Assembly (NCBI GenBank): GCA_965215005.1 | Contig: CBDCCZ010000053.1 | Location: 1 to 42,374, forward strand | Reading direction: 5' to 3' | Length of the DNA stretch: 42,374 nt | From: Kofleriaceae bacterium | GTDB lineage: Bacteria > Myxococcota_A > Polyangia > Haliangiales > Haliangiaceae | Part shown: piece by piece, positions 41,776 through 42,374 of the stretch | How positions within the stretch are numbered: the stretch's first letter is position 1 | How the letters are laid out: each line of letters starts with the position of its first letter | The notes under the pieces: model-generated | The model's input: the letters and a program-made list of their open reading frames with translations, nothing else | The model's database searches: none | What the model was told of the DNA's origin: nothing | Translations under genes and position numbers: made by a program

Positions 41776-42374
41776 ATGGCAAAACAACGAGCAGGGCGCG
41801 CCGCGGCAGGCCGCCGCACCACCTCCAAACCTGGCAACGCCGGTCGTGGCCGCGCGCGGACCGCGCGTCGGTCGCGGCCCGCGCTCACCGCGCTCAAGTG
41901 GGGCTTCATCCTTGCCGTGGCGGGCATGGCGGTGGGCGCGGCGGCTGCTTGCGATCATGTTCTGGCATTACGGTCGCGATCCTGCGCTGCCCAAGATCGC
42001 TTCTATCGGCGATTACGAGCCGCTGCAGATAACCCGCGTCCTCGCTGCCGACGGTCGCGTCATCGGTGAGCTCTACGAGGAGCGGCGGACGTTCATCCCT
42101 CGCGAGCAGATTCCCGAGCTCGTGGTGCAGGCCGTCACTTCAGCGGAGGACGCGCACTTCTACGAGCATGAAGGCATCGACTATGCCGGCATGCTGCGCG
42201 CGCTCCTCATCAACCTCAAGGCTGGCAAGACCCCGCCAGGGCGCGTCCACTATCACTCAGCAGGTGGTCAAGACCTTCTTTCTGACGCCGGAGCGGACCA
42301 TCAAGCGCAAGATTCAGGAAATCGTGTTGGCGCGGCGGCTGGAAAATGCGCTCACCAAAGACGAGATCCTCACG
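41776..42374 (+). CDS. Class A penicillin-binding protein (PBP1A), partial, with two apparent +1 frameshifts
   Basis: Basic N-tail + TM in frame 1; [31 protein letters not shown] in frame 2; [25 protein letters not shown] in frame 3. Confidence 0.85.

Overview
High-GC window (hand-counted sample lines about 65-70% GC) that looks like Myxococcota chromosome: it carries a TIGR04551-like barrel, MopE-type Cys/Asp repeats and a DUF4175/MoxR/vWA cluster. Gene order: yceI-like (partial), PP2C phosphatase, cinA-thpR-recA, TPR protein, two hypotheticals, radA with an upstream outer-membrane barrel, two lipoproteins, nagZ, a minus-strand DUF4175/gluzincin-TPR/MoxR/DUF58/BatA-vWA cluster, an ECF sigma/anti-sigma/secreted-protein trio, a GT51 transglycosylase, a five-gene caa3-type oxidase operon, a barrel protein, OmpA/Pal, EAL, TrmH and a frameshifted partial PBP1A. 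Two things stand out. (1) A lower-GC insert of about 4 kb (roughly 18.9-22.9 kb) splits the MoxR cluster. It holds a GT-C-like membrane gene, an IS66 tnpA-like scar and a secreted serine protease with four Cys-pair/Trp repeats. The scar and protease are bracketed by a 129-bp, 81%-identical duplicate of the GT gene's 3' end, and a nested palindrome of about 93 bp sits next to the orphan copy. (2) The heme-copper oxidase subunit I keeps HPEVY but appears to lack the K-channel lysine and the D-channel asparagines. No rRNA, tRNA, CRISPR array, integrase or reverse transcriptase was seen. All family calls are motif recognition by eye; no database was searched.
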